NCBI RefSeq assembly: GCF_037902255.1
Contig: NZ_CP147990.1
Location: 120,001-152,000 of the forward strand
Direction of reading: 5' to 3'
DNA: 32,000 bases
Origin: Candidatus Electrothrix sp. GW3-4
Lineage (GTDB): Bacteria; Desulfobacterota; Desulfobulbia; Desulfobulbales; Desulfobulbaceae
The notes beneath the pieces were generated by a model. The model was not told the DNA's origin. It searched no databases and worked only from the letters and a program-made list of their open reading frames with translations. Shown piece after piece: positions 1 through 8,524 of the stretch; position 1 is the first letter of the stretch; each line of letters begins with the position of its first letter. A program made the position numbers and the translations under genes.

Positions 1-1253
1 GGGAGCAAGGGCGGATCTTGATGATCGGGCATCTCCTCTGGTATCATCCCCTGGTGCTCAAATTGAAAGAGCTGGTGGACAGAGGTGAGCTGGGCAGGAT
101 TCAGTACATCTACTCCAACCGACTCAATCTCGGTAAGCTTCGGCGGGAAGAGAATGTCCTCTGGTCCTTTGCCCCCCATGATATCTCTGTCATCTTAGGG
201 CTCACTGGAGAGATGCCGACAGCGGTCTGCGCCCAGGGTGGAAATTTTCTCCACCGGCAAATAGCGGATACCACGGTCACTCTCCTGGATTTTCCCTCAG
301 GAACCCGAGCGCATATCTTTGTCTCCTGGCTTCATCCCTTTAAGGAGCAGATGCTGGTGGTTGTCGGCGATAAGCAGATGGCGGTATTTAATGATACTGC
401 CCCCTGGGAGGAGAAATTACAGCTTTATCCGCACTCCGTAAAATGGGAAGACAATATCCCCGTGGCTGATCGGGCAGAGGCAGTGCAGGTACATGTTGAG
501 CAGGAGGAACCCCTACGAGCAGAATGTGCTCATTTTCTTGATTGCATAGCGGCCCGCAAGCAACCCAGAACCGATGGCGAAGAGGGACTGAGGGTATTGA
601 CGGTCTTAAATTGTTGCCAGGAATCCCTGGAAAAAGGCAATGCCTCCCTTATTCAGGTTGCTGGCCGAGAGGCTGGCTTCGATATTCACGAGACTGCTCA
701 GGTTGACGAGAATGTGCAGATTGGAGAGGGAACAAAAGTTTGGCATTTTTCCCATATCCTTTCCGGGAGTATTATCGGTGAATCCTGTTCCATCGGGCAG
801 AATGTGGTTATTGGGCCGGATGTGCGAATTGGCTCGGGGTGTAAAATCCAGAATAACGTTTCTGTCTATAATGGGGTGGAGTTGGAGGATGACGTTTTCT
901 GTGGTCCTTCGATGGTGTTCACCAATGTGTTTAATCCGCGCTCTGCTGTTTCCAGGAAAAAAGAATTCAGAAAAACCTTGGTCCGGAAAGGGGCAACCAT
1001 TGGCGCGAATGCAACCATAGTCTGCGGAGTGGAAATTGGTGAGTCAGCCTTTATCGGCGCAGGGGCGGTAGTTACTCATGATGTTCCGGCTTTCGCCTTA
1101 ATGACCGGCAACCCTGCCCGGCAAACCGGGTGGATGAGCAGGCATGGGGAGAAGTTGGGTCTACCTTTACAAGGGGAAGGGGAAGGGGAAGATGTTTGTC
1201 CGCATACCGGTGAAAAGTACGTATTGAAGGATGGTAGAGTCTGTATTCATTAA
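1..1253 (+). CDS. Fused sugar-nucleotide oxidoreductase (Gfo/Idh/MocA, WbpB/WlbA-like; N-terminus upstream of window) + hexapeptide-repeat N-acetyltransferase (WbpD/WlbB-like)
   Basis: The frame is open from nt 3 with no stop before the track's TTG at 18. The family's N-terminal Rossmann domain is missing, so the gene starts upstream. The first ~205 aa fit the Gfo/Idh/MocA C-terminal domain ([24 protein letters not shown]). The last ~190 aa are hexapeptide repeats containing [34 protein letters not shown], which I recognise as the WbpD/WlbB-type acetyltransferase signature. No stop separates the two halves. Confidence 0.85.
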   Translation, partial: EQGRILMIGHLLWYHPLVLKLKELVDRGELGRIQYIYSNRLNLGKLRREENVLWSFAPHDISVILGLTGEMPTAVCAQGGNFLHRQIADTTVTLLDFPSGTRAHIFVSWLHPFKEQMLVVVGDKQMAVFNDTAPWEEKLQLYPHSVKWEDNIPVADRAEAVQVHVEQEEPLRAECAHFLDCIAARKQPRTDGEEGLRVLTVLNCCQESLEKGNASLIQVAGREAGFDIHETAQVDENVQIGEGTKVWHFSHILSGSIIGESCSIGQNVVIGPDVRIGSGCKIQNNVSVYNGVELEDDVFCGPSMVFTNVFNPRSAVSRKKEFRKTLVRKGATIGANATIVCGVEIGESAFIGAGAVVTHDVPAFALMTGNPARQTGWMSRHGEKLGLPLQGEGEGEDVCPHTGEKYVLKDGRVCIH

Positions 1254-1395
1254 TACGTTCAAGATGTTATTTGGGAAGTTGTGATGAAGACGGTGTGGGG
1301 CGCTGCATGGTCTTTTGAAATTGTAGAGGTAGTTGTTGCAATTTGCCTTCAATCGTGCTTTTTTATGTTTTGTAGCTTTCAGAAATTTTTAAAAG

Positions 1396-1914
1396 TTGAA
1401 AATGGATTCCGTCGATAATATTGCCGCAGCACGAAAGAACCTTATTGAGACAGGAGGGCGCACAAGTCAGGATTTGGGCTTGGGCCGCATTGTCGGGCAG
1501 GTGCTGGTGTATCTTTACCTCCAGCCCAAGGAATGCTCACTGGATGTCTTAGAGCTGGACCTAGGCTTGAGTAAGGCATCCGTCAGTGTCGCAGCTCGCC
1601 AGCTTGAGGCCTTAGGGCTCATTCAACGCGTCTGGATAAAAGGAGAACGGAAAAAATATTACCGGAGTGCAGAAAACATTGCCAGTGCCTTGCAGCAAGG
1701 TTTGTTGTCAATGCTCCGCCATAAGGTGCAGCATTTTGGCGATGAACTTGAAAAGAGTCTTCAGTTGCTGGAAATAGCTTCTGTATCGACCAATAAAGAA
1801 GAGCTGGGGTTTATGCAACAGCGAGTACATCGGGCAAAAAAACTGCAGGAACGCCTAGGAACTATATTAGGTAATCCCCTCGTTCGCCTTTTGGCAAAGA
1901 TGAATAGCAATTAA
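1396..1914 (+). CDS. GbsR/MarR-type winged-helix transcriptional regulator
   Basis: 172-aa ORF with a TTG at 1396; the ATG at 1402 is an equally plausible start. The segment GRIVGQVLVYLYLQPKECSLDVLELDLGLSKASVSVAARQLEALGLIQRVWIKGERKKYY fits the GbsR/MarR wHTH pattern. A 142-nt non-coding gap lies upstream. Confidence 0.6.
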   Translation: MKMDSVDNIAAARKNLIETGGRTSQDLGLGRIVGQVLVYLYLQPKECSLDVLELDLGLSKASVSVAARQLEALGLIQRVWIKGERKKYYRSAENIASALQQGLLSMLRHKVQHFGDELEKSLQLLEIASVSTNKEELGFMQQRVHRAKKLQERLGTILGNPLVRLLAKMNSN

Positions 1915-1937
1915 TACATACGGTACAGAGATAGAGT

Positions 1938-2786
1938 ATGAGTAATGAGGAACAATGGGATCTGGTGATTAAGCCGAAAATAGGGTGGTTTGATATCCAT
2001 CTTGGGGAGCTTTGGCGTTATCGGGATCTGGTTGCCATGTTTGTGAAGCGTGATTTTGTCACCATGTATAAGCAGACCATCTTAGGTCCCTTATGGTTCA
2101 TTATTCAGCCGTTATTCACTACATTAATTTTTACTGTGGTCTTTGGCAAAGTGGCGAAGATTCCCACGGATAGTCTCCCTCCCTTTCTTTTTTACCTGTC
2201 TGGTAATGTTGCCTGGGGGTATTTTGCAACTTGTCTGGGCAAAACTTCAGACACCTTTAATACTAATGCCCGAATTTTTGGAAAAGTCTATTTTCCTCGG
2301 CTGACAGTGCCATTTTCTTCAGTTTTTTCGGGGTTATTACAGTTTGCTATTCAGTTTCTTCTTTTTTTAGCCTTTTATTCTTATTTTATGTTGAAGGGAA
2401 CGCCTATTCATCCCAAGTTTTGGATTGTCGCTCTTCCTGTTCTCTTACTGCAAATGGCGTTACTGGGTTTCGGTATGGGGGTTTTGGTCTCATCCTTGAC
2501 GACGAAGTACAAGGATCTCCGTTTTGCTATGGGATTTATGACCCAGCTTTGGATGTATGGCACACCCATTGTCTATCCTCTAACGTTGGTTCCTGACTGG
2601 TTAAGGCCGTGGTATGCGCTTAATCCTATGGTTTCGATTGTGGAATGTTTTCGCTATGCTTTCCTTGGATCTGGAGTGATTGTATGGGGTGATGTTATTT
2701 CTGGATGGCTGGTGACGTTATTTATCCTGTGTGCTGGAATTATTCTCTTTAGCCGTGTCGAGAAAACCTTTATGGATACAGTGTGA
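1938..2786 (+). CDS. wzm: ABC-2 type polysaccharide exporter permease (Wzm)
   Basis: 282-aa polytopic hydrophobic protein with the typical N-terminal WRYRDLVAMFVKRDFVTMYKQTILGPLWFIIQP segment of Wzm/TagG/KpsM permeases. It sits directly upstream of the cognate ATPase. Confidence 0.9.
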   Translation: MSNEEQWDLVIKPKIGWFDIHLGELWRYRDLVAMFVKRDFVTMYKQTILGPLWFIIQPLFTTLIFTVVFGKVAKIPTDSLPPFLFYLSGNVAWGYFATCLGKTSDTFNTNARIFGKVYFPRLTVPFSSVFSGLLQFAIQFLLFLAFYSYFMLKGTPIHPKFWIVALPVLLLQMALLGFGMGVLVSSLTTKYKDLRFAMGFMTQLWMYGTPIVYPLTLVPDWLRPWYALNPMVSIVECFRYAFLGSGVIVWGDVISGWLVTLFILCAGIILFSRVEKTFMDTV

Positions 2787-2842
2787 TATCCAGATGTGAT
2801 TTGGTTTTTTGTGTCTAACTGTATATTAAAAGTAAATATTTT

Positions 2843-4135
2843 ATGTCGGTAGTTATAAAAATAGAGGATCTCTGGAAAGAATACCGCCTTGGCGTTATCG
2901 GGCACGGTACCTTGACCCATGATCTTGAGTCTTGGTGGGCACGGGTGCGCGGCAAAGAAGATCCTAACTCCAAAATTACCCCTATGCTGGCCGGGCAGGA
3001 GAAACAGATTGAGGGAGATCATTTTTGGGCCTTGCAGGGGATTAATCTGGAGGTTAAAGAAGGTGAAATTCTTGGTATTATAGGCAAGAACGGGGCTGGG
3101 AAGTCAACCTTACTCAAGATTCTTTCACGTGTTACAGCCCCCACGAAGGGAACGATCAAGGTTAAAGGCCGCATTGCGAGCTTGCTGGAAGTTGGAACAG
3201 GTTTTCATCCTGAACTTACAGGACGAGAAAATATTTTTTTGAATGGTGCGATCCTTGGGATGTCCAAGCAGGAAATCAAAGCAAAATTAGATGAGATTAT
3301 AGATTTTTCTGGCGTAGAAAAATTTGTTGATACACCTGTAAAAAGATATTCCTCAGGGATGTATGTACGTCTTGCCTTTGCTGTTGCTGCTCACCTAGAC
3401 CCGGAAATTCTCATTATTGATGAAGTATTAGCTGTTGGGGATGCCGAATTTCAGAAGAAATGTTTGGGGAAAATGAGGAGTGTTGCACAGCAAGGACGGA
3501 CTGTTTTGTTTGTTAGTCACAATATGATTGCTGTAAAATCGTTGTGCAAATCGGCTGTGTTGATACAGGATGGAAAAAATGTCCAGACTGATGAGGTAGG
3601 AAAGGTAGTTAACACATACCTAAGTTATAGCGAAGAATCTGTAGTAGCGAGGGAGTGGTCTGATACTGACGACACGGCGCCCAAAGGGGATTATTTTAAG
3701 CTGAAAAAAATATTTGTAAAGCCGTCTGGAAGTGTTGATAATTGTCTGGAGATTCCAGTTGAGTATCCCATAGAGTTAGGAATTGATGTATTGCAATTTG
3801 GCGATGCGGGAGAACTTGATTTTACCTTTCATGTAAAGTCAGAGAACAATATCGTTTTTACAACAGGTACTCTGCACTGTGACGATCTGATATCGAGGAA
3901 TTTTGTTCAGGGACGGTGTAAGTATCGGTGTACAATTCCAGCGAACTATTTAAACAGTCGGCCCTATAGTGTAGACCTACTAATAGTGAGAAACCAAAAT
4001 AAGGTAATTTGTAAGTTGGATGATATTTTGTCTTTTGAACCTGTTGAATCAAAAAAGCGTAATGTAGCTTATATGGGAAAAAGACCAGGTCTTGTCGGGC
4101 CATATTTCCCTTGGTCTGTTTTAGGGGAGCTGTGA
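2843..4135 (+). CDS. wzt: Polysaccharide ABC exporter ATP-binding protein (Wzt) with ~170-aa C-terminal extension (putative glycan-cap-binding domain)
   Basis: Walker A GKNGAGKST (nt 3083-3109), signature YSSGM, Walker B ILIIDE, H-loop FVSHN. The ORF is 430 aa, whereas a bare NBD is ~250 aa. The region from nt ~3620 to 4135 forms an extra domain, as in O-antigen Wzt proteins. Confidence 0.9.
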   Translation: MSVVIKIEDLWKEYRLGVIGHGTLTHDLESWWARVRGKEDPNSKITPMLAGQEKQIEGDHFWALQGINLEVKEGEILGIIGKNGAGKSTLLKILSRVTAPTKGTIKVKGRIASLLEVGTGFHPELTGRENIFLNGAILGMSKQEIKAKLDEIIDFSGVEKFVDTPVKRYSSGMYVRLAFAVAAHLDPEILIIDEVLAVGDAEFQKKCLGKMRSVAQQGRTVLFVSHNMIAVKSLCKSAVLIQDGKNVQTDEVGKVVNTYLSYSEESVVAREWSDTDDTAPKGDYFKLKKIFVKPSGSVDNCLEIPVEYPIELGIDVLQFGDAGELDFTFHVKSENNIVFTTGTLHCDDLISRNFVQGRCKYRCTIPANYLNSRPYSVDLLIVRNQNKVICKLDDILSFEPVESKKRNVAYMGKRPGLVGPYFPWSVLGEL

Positions 4136-4139
4136 TCAC

Positions 4140-5330
4140 ATGACTGTCTCCAATAAAAAACAGATAGTTTCACGTAAAGATCTCGCAATTAACGGAGCCC
4201 TTCCTGCATTTGTAGAGCCCCTACATGTTGGTAGGCCGAATATCGGAAATCGTGATGCTTTTCTTCAGCGAATTAACGATATTTTAGATAGAGGCTGGTT
4301 AACAAACAATGGTCCTGTTGTACAGGAGTTTGAGCAGAGAGTGGCTGACTACCATAGTGTGAAAAACTGTGTAGCCATGTGCAACGGAACGGTAGCCCTT
4401 GAAATAGCCATCCGTTCCTTAGGGCTTAGTGGAGAGGTAATTGTCCCTTCCTTTACTTTTATAGCCACTGCTCATGCTCTGCACTGGCAAGCCATTAACC
4501 CGGTCTTTGCAGATATTGATTCCGAAACACATACCCTTGATCCTGTAGCCGTTGAAAAAATGATAACCTCAAGGACTACAGGAATCATTGGTGTGCATCT
4601 TTGGGGAAGGCCGTGTGCTGTTGAAGAGTTGCAGCTTCTTGCTGATAAATACAATTTGAAGCTCATGTTTGATGCTGCTCATGCATTTGGATGTATGTAC
4701 AAAGGAACAAGTATAGGTGCTTTCGGAGATTGTGAGGTTTTGAGTTTTCATGCTACAAAATTTTTCAATACCTTCGAAGGGGGAGCCGTTTTAACCAATG
4801 ATGATGAGTTGGCCGATACCATGCGCTTGATGCGTAATTTCGGTTTTATCGGTATGGATAAGGTTATTCATCCAGGAACAAACGGCAAGATGACCGAGTT
4901 TGCAGCGGCAATGGGGTTAGTTAATTTGGATTCTATTGATGATGTAATTCAAGCTAATATCCGAAATTACCAACTTTATCAGGAAGAATTGTCAGCTTTA
5001 CCTGGTATTCGCCTGATCTCCTATGATAAATTAGAGCGAAATAATTATCAGTATATTGTTATGGAAGTTGGTGACGGATGCCCTGTAAGCCGTGATCAGA
5101 TTATTAATGCACTTCATGCAGAGAATATTAGGGCACGTAGATATTTTTGGCCTGGCTGCCATAACATGAGCCCTTATAGCGACCTGTATCCGCATGCAGG
5201 TTTACTGCTAACGAACACTCAACTGGTGGCGGATAGGATTGTTGTTTTGCCAACGGGGGCAACAATAAATGCTGAAGTGATTAAAATTATTTTCTCTGTG
5301 ATTCGTGTGTTAATCGAGGATGTGCAATGA
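4140..5330 (+). CDS. DegT/DnrJ/EryC1/StrS-family PLP-dependent sugar aminotransferase
   Basis: 396 aa. Contains the family pattern NGTVALEIAIRSLGL...EVIVPSFTFIATAHA and the PLP-lysine motif SFHATKFFNTFEGGAV. Substrate specificity cannot be assigned by eye. Confidence 0.9.
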   Translation: MTVSNKKQIVSRKDLAINGALPAFVEPLHVGRPNIGNRDAFLQRINDILDRGWLTNNGPVVQEFEQRVADYHSVKNCVAMCNGTVALEIAIRSLGLSGEVIVPSFTFIATAHALHWQAINPVFADIDSETHTLDPVAVEKMITSRTTGIIGVHLWGRPCAVEELQLLADKYNLKLMFDAAHAFGCMYKGTSIGAFGDCEVLSFHATKFFNTFEGGAVLTNDDELADTMRLMRNFGFIGMDKVIHPGTNGKMTEFAAAMGLVNLDSIDDVIQANIRNYQLYQEELSALPGIRLISYDKLERNNYQYIVMEVGDGCPVSRDQIINALHAENIRARRYFWPGCHNMSPYSDLYPHAGLLLTNTQLVADRIVVLPTGATINAEVIKIIFSVIRVLIEDVQ

Positions 5331-6064
5331 AAGTTGCGATAATGCAACCGTATATTTTTCCGTATATTGGTTATTTTCAGCTTATTAACTATGTAGATAA
5401 ATGGGTAATCTTTGACGATACTCAATATATTTCAAAGGGATGGATTAATAGAAATAGAATGGTTCATCCTGATGTAAAGAAAGAGTGGCAATATTTTACT
5501 GTTCCCGTAAAAAAACACTCGCGTGAGAGCAAGATAAATCATATTGAAATAAATAATAACGTTGACTGGAGAGGTGAGTTTCTACGCAAGCTGGAGGGGG
5601 CCTATAAGAAAAAAGCTCCTTATTATAGAGAAACAATAAGTTTTGTCGAGGAATGTATAGATTTCAGAGCATCATCGTTATCTGAGTGGATAGAGCATAC
5701 CCTCAAATTTACTTGTGATTATTTGGATATTGCGTTTGACTACTTAGTTTTTTCTAAGATGAATATTGGTCTCAAAGAAGTAGATCATGCTGGGCAGTGG
5801 GCATTGGAGATTGCGGACGCAATGGGTGCAGCAGAATATGTTAATCCAGCTGGAGGATACACGATATTTAATGAAAGTGAGTTTCAATCAAGAAATATTA
5901 AGCTGCGTTTCCTTAAACCACAATTGAACCCTTATGTTCAACGTAGAGGCTATTTCGTGCCTGGGTTATCCATTGTTGATGTACTTATGTGGAATGATAA
6001 AGAATATATAGTGTCAATACTTGACGATTATGATGTGTTTTCTTATCAAGAATTGATTGGGTAA
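5327..6064 (+). CDS. wbqC: WbqC-family protein (function unassigned)
   Basis: 245 aa. The N-terminus MKVAIMQPYIFPYIGYFQLINYVDKWVIFDDTQYISKGWINRNR matches the WbqC-like family pattern. An ATGA overlap joins it to the aminotransferase stop. Confidence 0.75.
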   Translation: MKVAIMQPYIFPYIGYFQLINYVDKWVIFDDTQYISKGWINRNRMVHPDVKKEWQYFTVPVKKHSRESKINHIEINNNVDWRGEFLRKLEGAYKKKAPYYRETISFVEECIDFRASSLSEWIEHTLKFTCDYLDIAFDYLVFSKMNIGLKEVDHAGQWALEIADAMGAAEYVNPAGGYTIFNESEFQSRNIKLRFLKPQLNPYVQRRGYFVPGLSIVDVLMWNDKEYIVSILDDYDVFSYQELIG

Positions 6065-6069
6065 GTGTT

Positions 6070-6771
6070 ATGAGAGAGGATATTAAACGTTATTATCGTG
6101 AGCGCTTAAACAACACTAAGGGAAAGAATACATTATGGCAGGTTGGCAAGACAGTTAATGGAAAAGAAATTACTGATGAACAGGTTAATTTGATTGTAGC
6201 TACAATAGCTAAAAGATTAAATATACAAAAGACAGATTTTGTCTTGGACATCGGTTGTGGTAATGGATTGTTGACTAAGAAGATTTCTGGATATGTTAGT
6301 GAAATTGTCGGGTTAGAGCTTACTTTAGAGCTGTTTGACGTTTCTAACCTTATTAGTAGGGCAGATAATATCACTTATATTAATAGCGATATATTTGACT
6401 TTGATATTAATAGTCATAAGAAATCATTTGATAAAATATATTTATATGAAGTAATACAGCATATTGATTACAAGGATGCGGATGATTTTTTTTCTAAATT
6501 AAATGATATAGCTGGTGAAAACACAAGTATTTTTATAGGAGGTGTTCTCGATATAGAAAAAAAATGGAGTTTTTTTGATTCTTTTGAAAGAAGGTGTGAT
6601 TACTTTTCGGGGATTATTTCTGGAAGAAATCCATTGGGCACTTGGTACCATAAAGATTTTTTAAAATACCTTGGCAAAAAATATAATTTTGAAGCAATTT
6701 GTTTTTCGCAAGAAGAAAGTTTGTATACAGCGCATTATCGTTTTGATTGTTTATTGAATAGGATACGTTAA
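6070..6771 (+). CDS. Class I SAM-dependent methyltransferase
   Basis: 233 aa. Motif I is VLDIGCGNGLLT, followed by an acidic residue after beta-2 (GLELT) and FDKIYLYEVIQHI (motif II/III region). Confidence 0.85.
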   Translation: MREDIKRYYRERLNNTKGKNTLWQVGKTVNGKEITDEQVNLIVATIAKRLNIQKTDFVLDIGCGNGLLTKKISGYVSEIVGLELTLELFDVSNLISRADNITYINSDIFDFDINSHKKSFDKIYLYEVIQHIDYKDADDFFSKLNDIAGENTSIFIGGVLDIEKKWSFFDSFERRCDYFSGIISGRNPLGTWYHKDFLKYLGKKYNFEAICFSQEESLYTAHYRFDCLLNRIR

Positions 6772-7574
6772 TGTATAAAAAAATTTTAATTATCTGTGGT
6801 ATGCCTCGTTCTGGTACGAGTTGGTTAGGGCAAATTTTTGATAGTTCACCAGATGTTGCCTTTCGTATGGAACCTCTTTTTGCATATCGTTTTAAAAATA
6901 TTATTAATGACCGTTCCTCTAAAAAAGACGTACTGAATTTTTTTGAAAAGGTATATTTTTCTGATGATGACTTTATCAATCAAAAAGAAAATAGAATTAA
7001 TGGTATATATCCTTCTGTTTTAAAAAGTAATAAATCAAAATTTTTGGTTGTAAAAACGACTCGGCATCATTGCTTGCTGGAGAGATATTTAGAATTAATA
7101 GATAACGTAGAGATCATTTCAATAATAAGGAACCCGTGTGCTGTAATTAATTCTTGGATTAATACAGATCGTGAGTTTAAAAAGAAAGGATGTATTGAAG
7201 AAATTGATTGGAAAAACGGTAATTGTCGGAAAGATAGTGAAGGAGAATTTTGGGGATTTGACGATTGGTTGTCGGTCACTAAGAAACATTTAATGTTTAA
7301 TGAAAAATATAGTAATTTTAATATTGTCAAATATACGGATCTTGTCAATAAAACAGAAGAGACAGTTCGTAATCTTTTTAAAAGAGTAGGTGTTCCATAC
7401 AGTGACCAGACCGTAAATTTTTTAAGAGATTGTCATGGTAGACATGATGATAACCCTTATTCAATATATAAGAGTCCTGATGTGGAAAATAAATGGAAAA
7501 AAGAATTAAGCATTGAAATATCAGAACAAATAATAAATGAAACCAGAAGGGAAGGTTTAGGGGAGTTTATATAA
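6771..7574 (+). CDS. Sulfotransferase-family protein (ST1)
   Basis: 267 aa. N-terminal 5'-PSB P-loop ILIICGMPRSGTSWLGQIF, 3'-PB motif IIRNPCAVINSW, and the C-terminal VKYTDLVNKTEETVRNLFKRVGVPY segment typical of bacterial sulfotransferases. The start overlaps the previous stop (TAATG). Confidence 0.8.
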   Translation: MYKKILIICGMPRSGTSWLGQIFDSSPDVAFRMEPLFAYRFKNIINDRSSKKDVLNFFEKVYFSDDDFINQKENRINGIYPSVLKSNKSKFLVVKTTRHHCLLERYLELIDNVEIISIIRNPCAVINSWINTDREFKKKGCIEEIDWKNGNCRKDSEGEFWGFDDWLSVTKKHLMFNEKYSNFNIVKYTDLVNKTEETVRNLFKRVGVPYSDQTVNFLRDCHGRHDDNPYSIYKSPDVENKWKKELSIEISEQIINETRREGLGEFI

Positions 7575-7585
7575 TATCTTTTATT

Positions 7586-8524
7586 ATGAAATTTGCACCT
7601 ATTGGAATGTCAACCTATACTAGGTTAGATCATCTAAAAAAAACGATAGCCTCGTTACAAAAAAACACAATTGCTCAAAAAAGTTCATTATATGTTTTTT
7701 CTGATGCACCAAGACCTGGTGATGAGAACAAAGTTGAGAAAGTTAGAGAATATCTTAGAACAGTTAACGGTTTTAGGTCTGTAACTATAGTAGAGAGAAA
7801 AGATAATAATCGGATAAAAAATAACAGAGGTGGAATTAAACAGCTGTTAGATGATTTGGGTAAAATTATCTTTCTTGAGGAAGATATTGTAACTGCGCCT
7901 GGATTTCTTCAGTTTATGAATGATGCCTTAGACTTTTACGAAAATAATGATAAGGTGATAAGTATTTGTGGTTACTGTCCTCCTATAGCGATTCCTGATA
8001 ATTACCCGCATGATACATTTATTCTCCCTAGGTTTAGTGCATGGGGATTTGCAACCTGGAAAAATAAATTCGATCCATTTCGTTTTTCCACTGTAGGATT
8101 TGAAGAAAAGAAAAAAGATGAAAAATTTGTAAAAAAGTTATCTGCAGGTGGGGAAGACATTTATAAAATGGTTGAAGATGATTGTTGTGGAAAAATTAAT
8201 GCCTTAGATGTACGAGTCATGTACCATCAGGCAATTAATAACCTTTATACTGTCTATCCTCGTCAGTCATTAGTGCAGAATATTGGCCTTGATGGGAGTG
8301 GTGTTCATTGCGGTAATTCAAATAAATTCCATATAAATTTTCTTTGGTCAAAAGAAAAGGATTTTACCTACCAGGTAGATCCTAAGGTTAATAGAAAAAT
8401 ACTGATAGAAAATAAAAATTTTAGAGGGATAAGGAAAAAGGAGAATAGTTTTATAGACAATCTATATAGAATCGCGTGTTATGCAGGGTATGAAAAATTT
8501 AAGAAGGTTTTTCTAAAAAAATGA
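7586..8524 (+). CDS. GT-A fold glycosyltransferase, GnT-I (GT13)-like
   Basis: 312 aa. IFLEEDIVTAPGFLQFM resembles the EDD-containing VVEDDLEVAPDFFEYF motif of GnT-I. PRFSAWGFATW and YPRQSLVQNIGLDGSGVHCG parallel the GnT-I segments GLGWLL and RPEISRTMTFGRKGVSHG. Confidence 0.6.
   Translation: MKFAPIGMSTYTRLDHLKKTIASLQKNTIAQKSSLYVFSDAPRPGDENKVEKVREYLRTVNGFRSVTIVERKDNNRIKNNRGGIKQLLDDLGKIIFLEEDIVTAPGFLQFMNDALDFYENNDKVISICGYCPPIAIPDNYPHDTFILPRFSAWGFATWKNKFDPFRFSTVGFEEKKKDEKFVKKLSAGGEDIYKMVEDDCCGKINALDVRVMYHQAINNLYTVYPRQSLVQNIGLDGSGVHCGNSNKFHINFLWSKEKDFTYQVDPKVNRKILIENKNFRGIRKKENSFIDNLYRIACYAGYEKFKKVFLKK

Noticed and set aside
640-1020. 126-aa plus-strand ORF overlapping the acetyltransferase domain in another frame
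   Set aside because: The alternative frame encodes a textbook hexapeptide-repeat domain. This ORF is Arg/Leu-rich out-of-frame noise.
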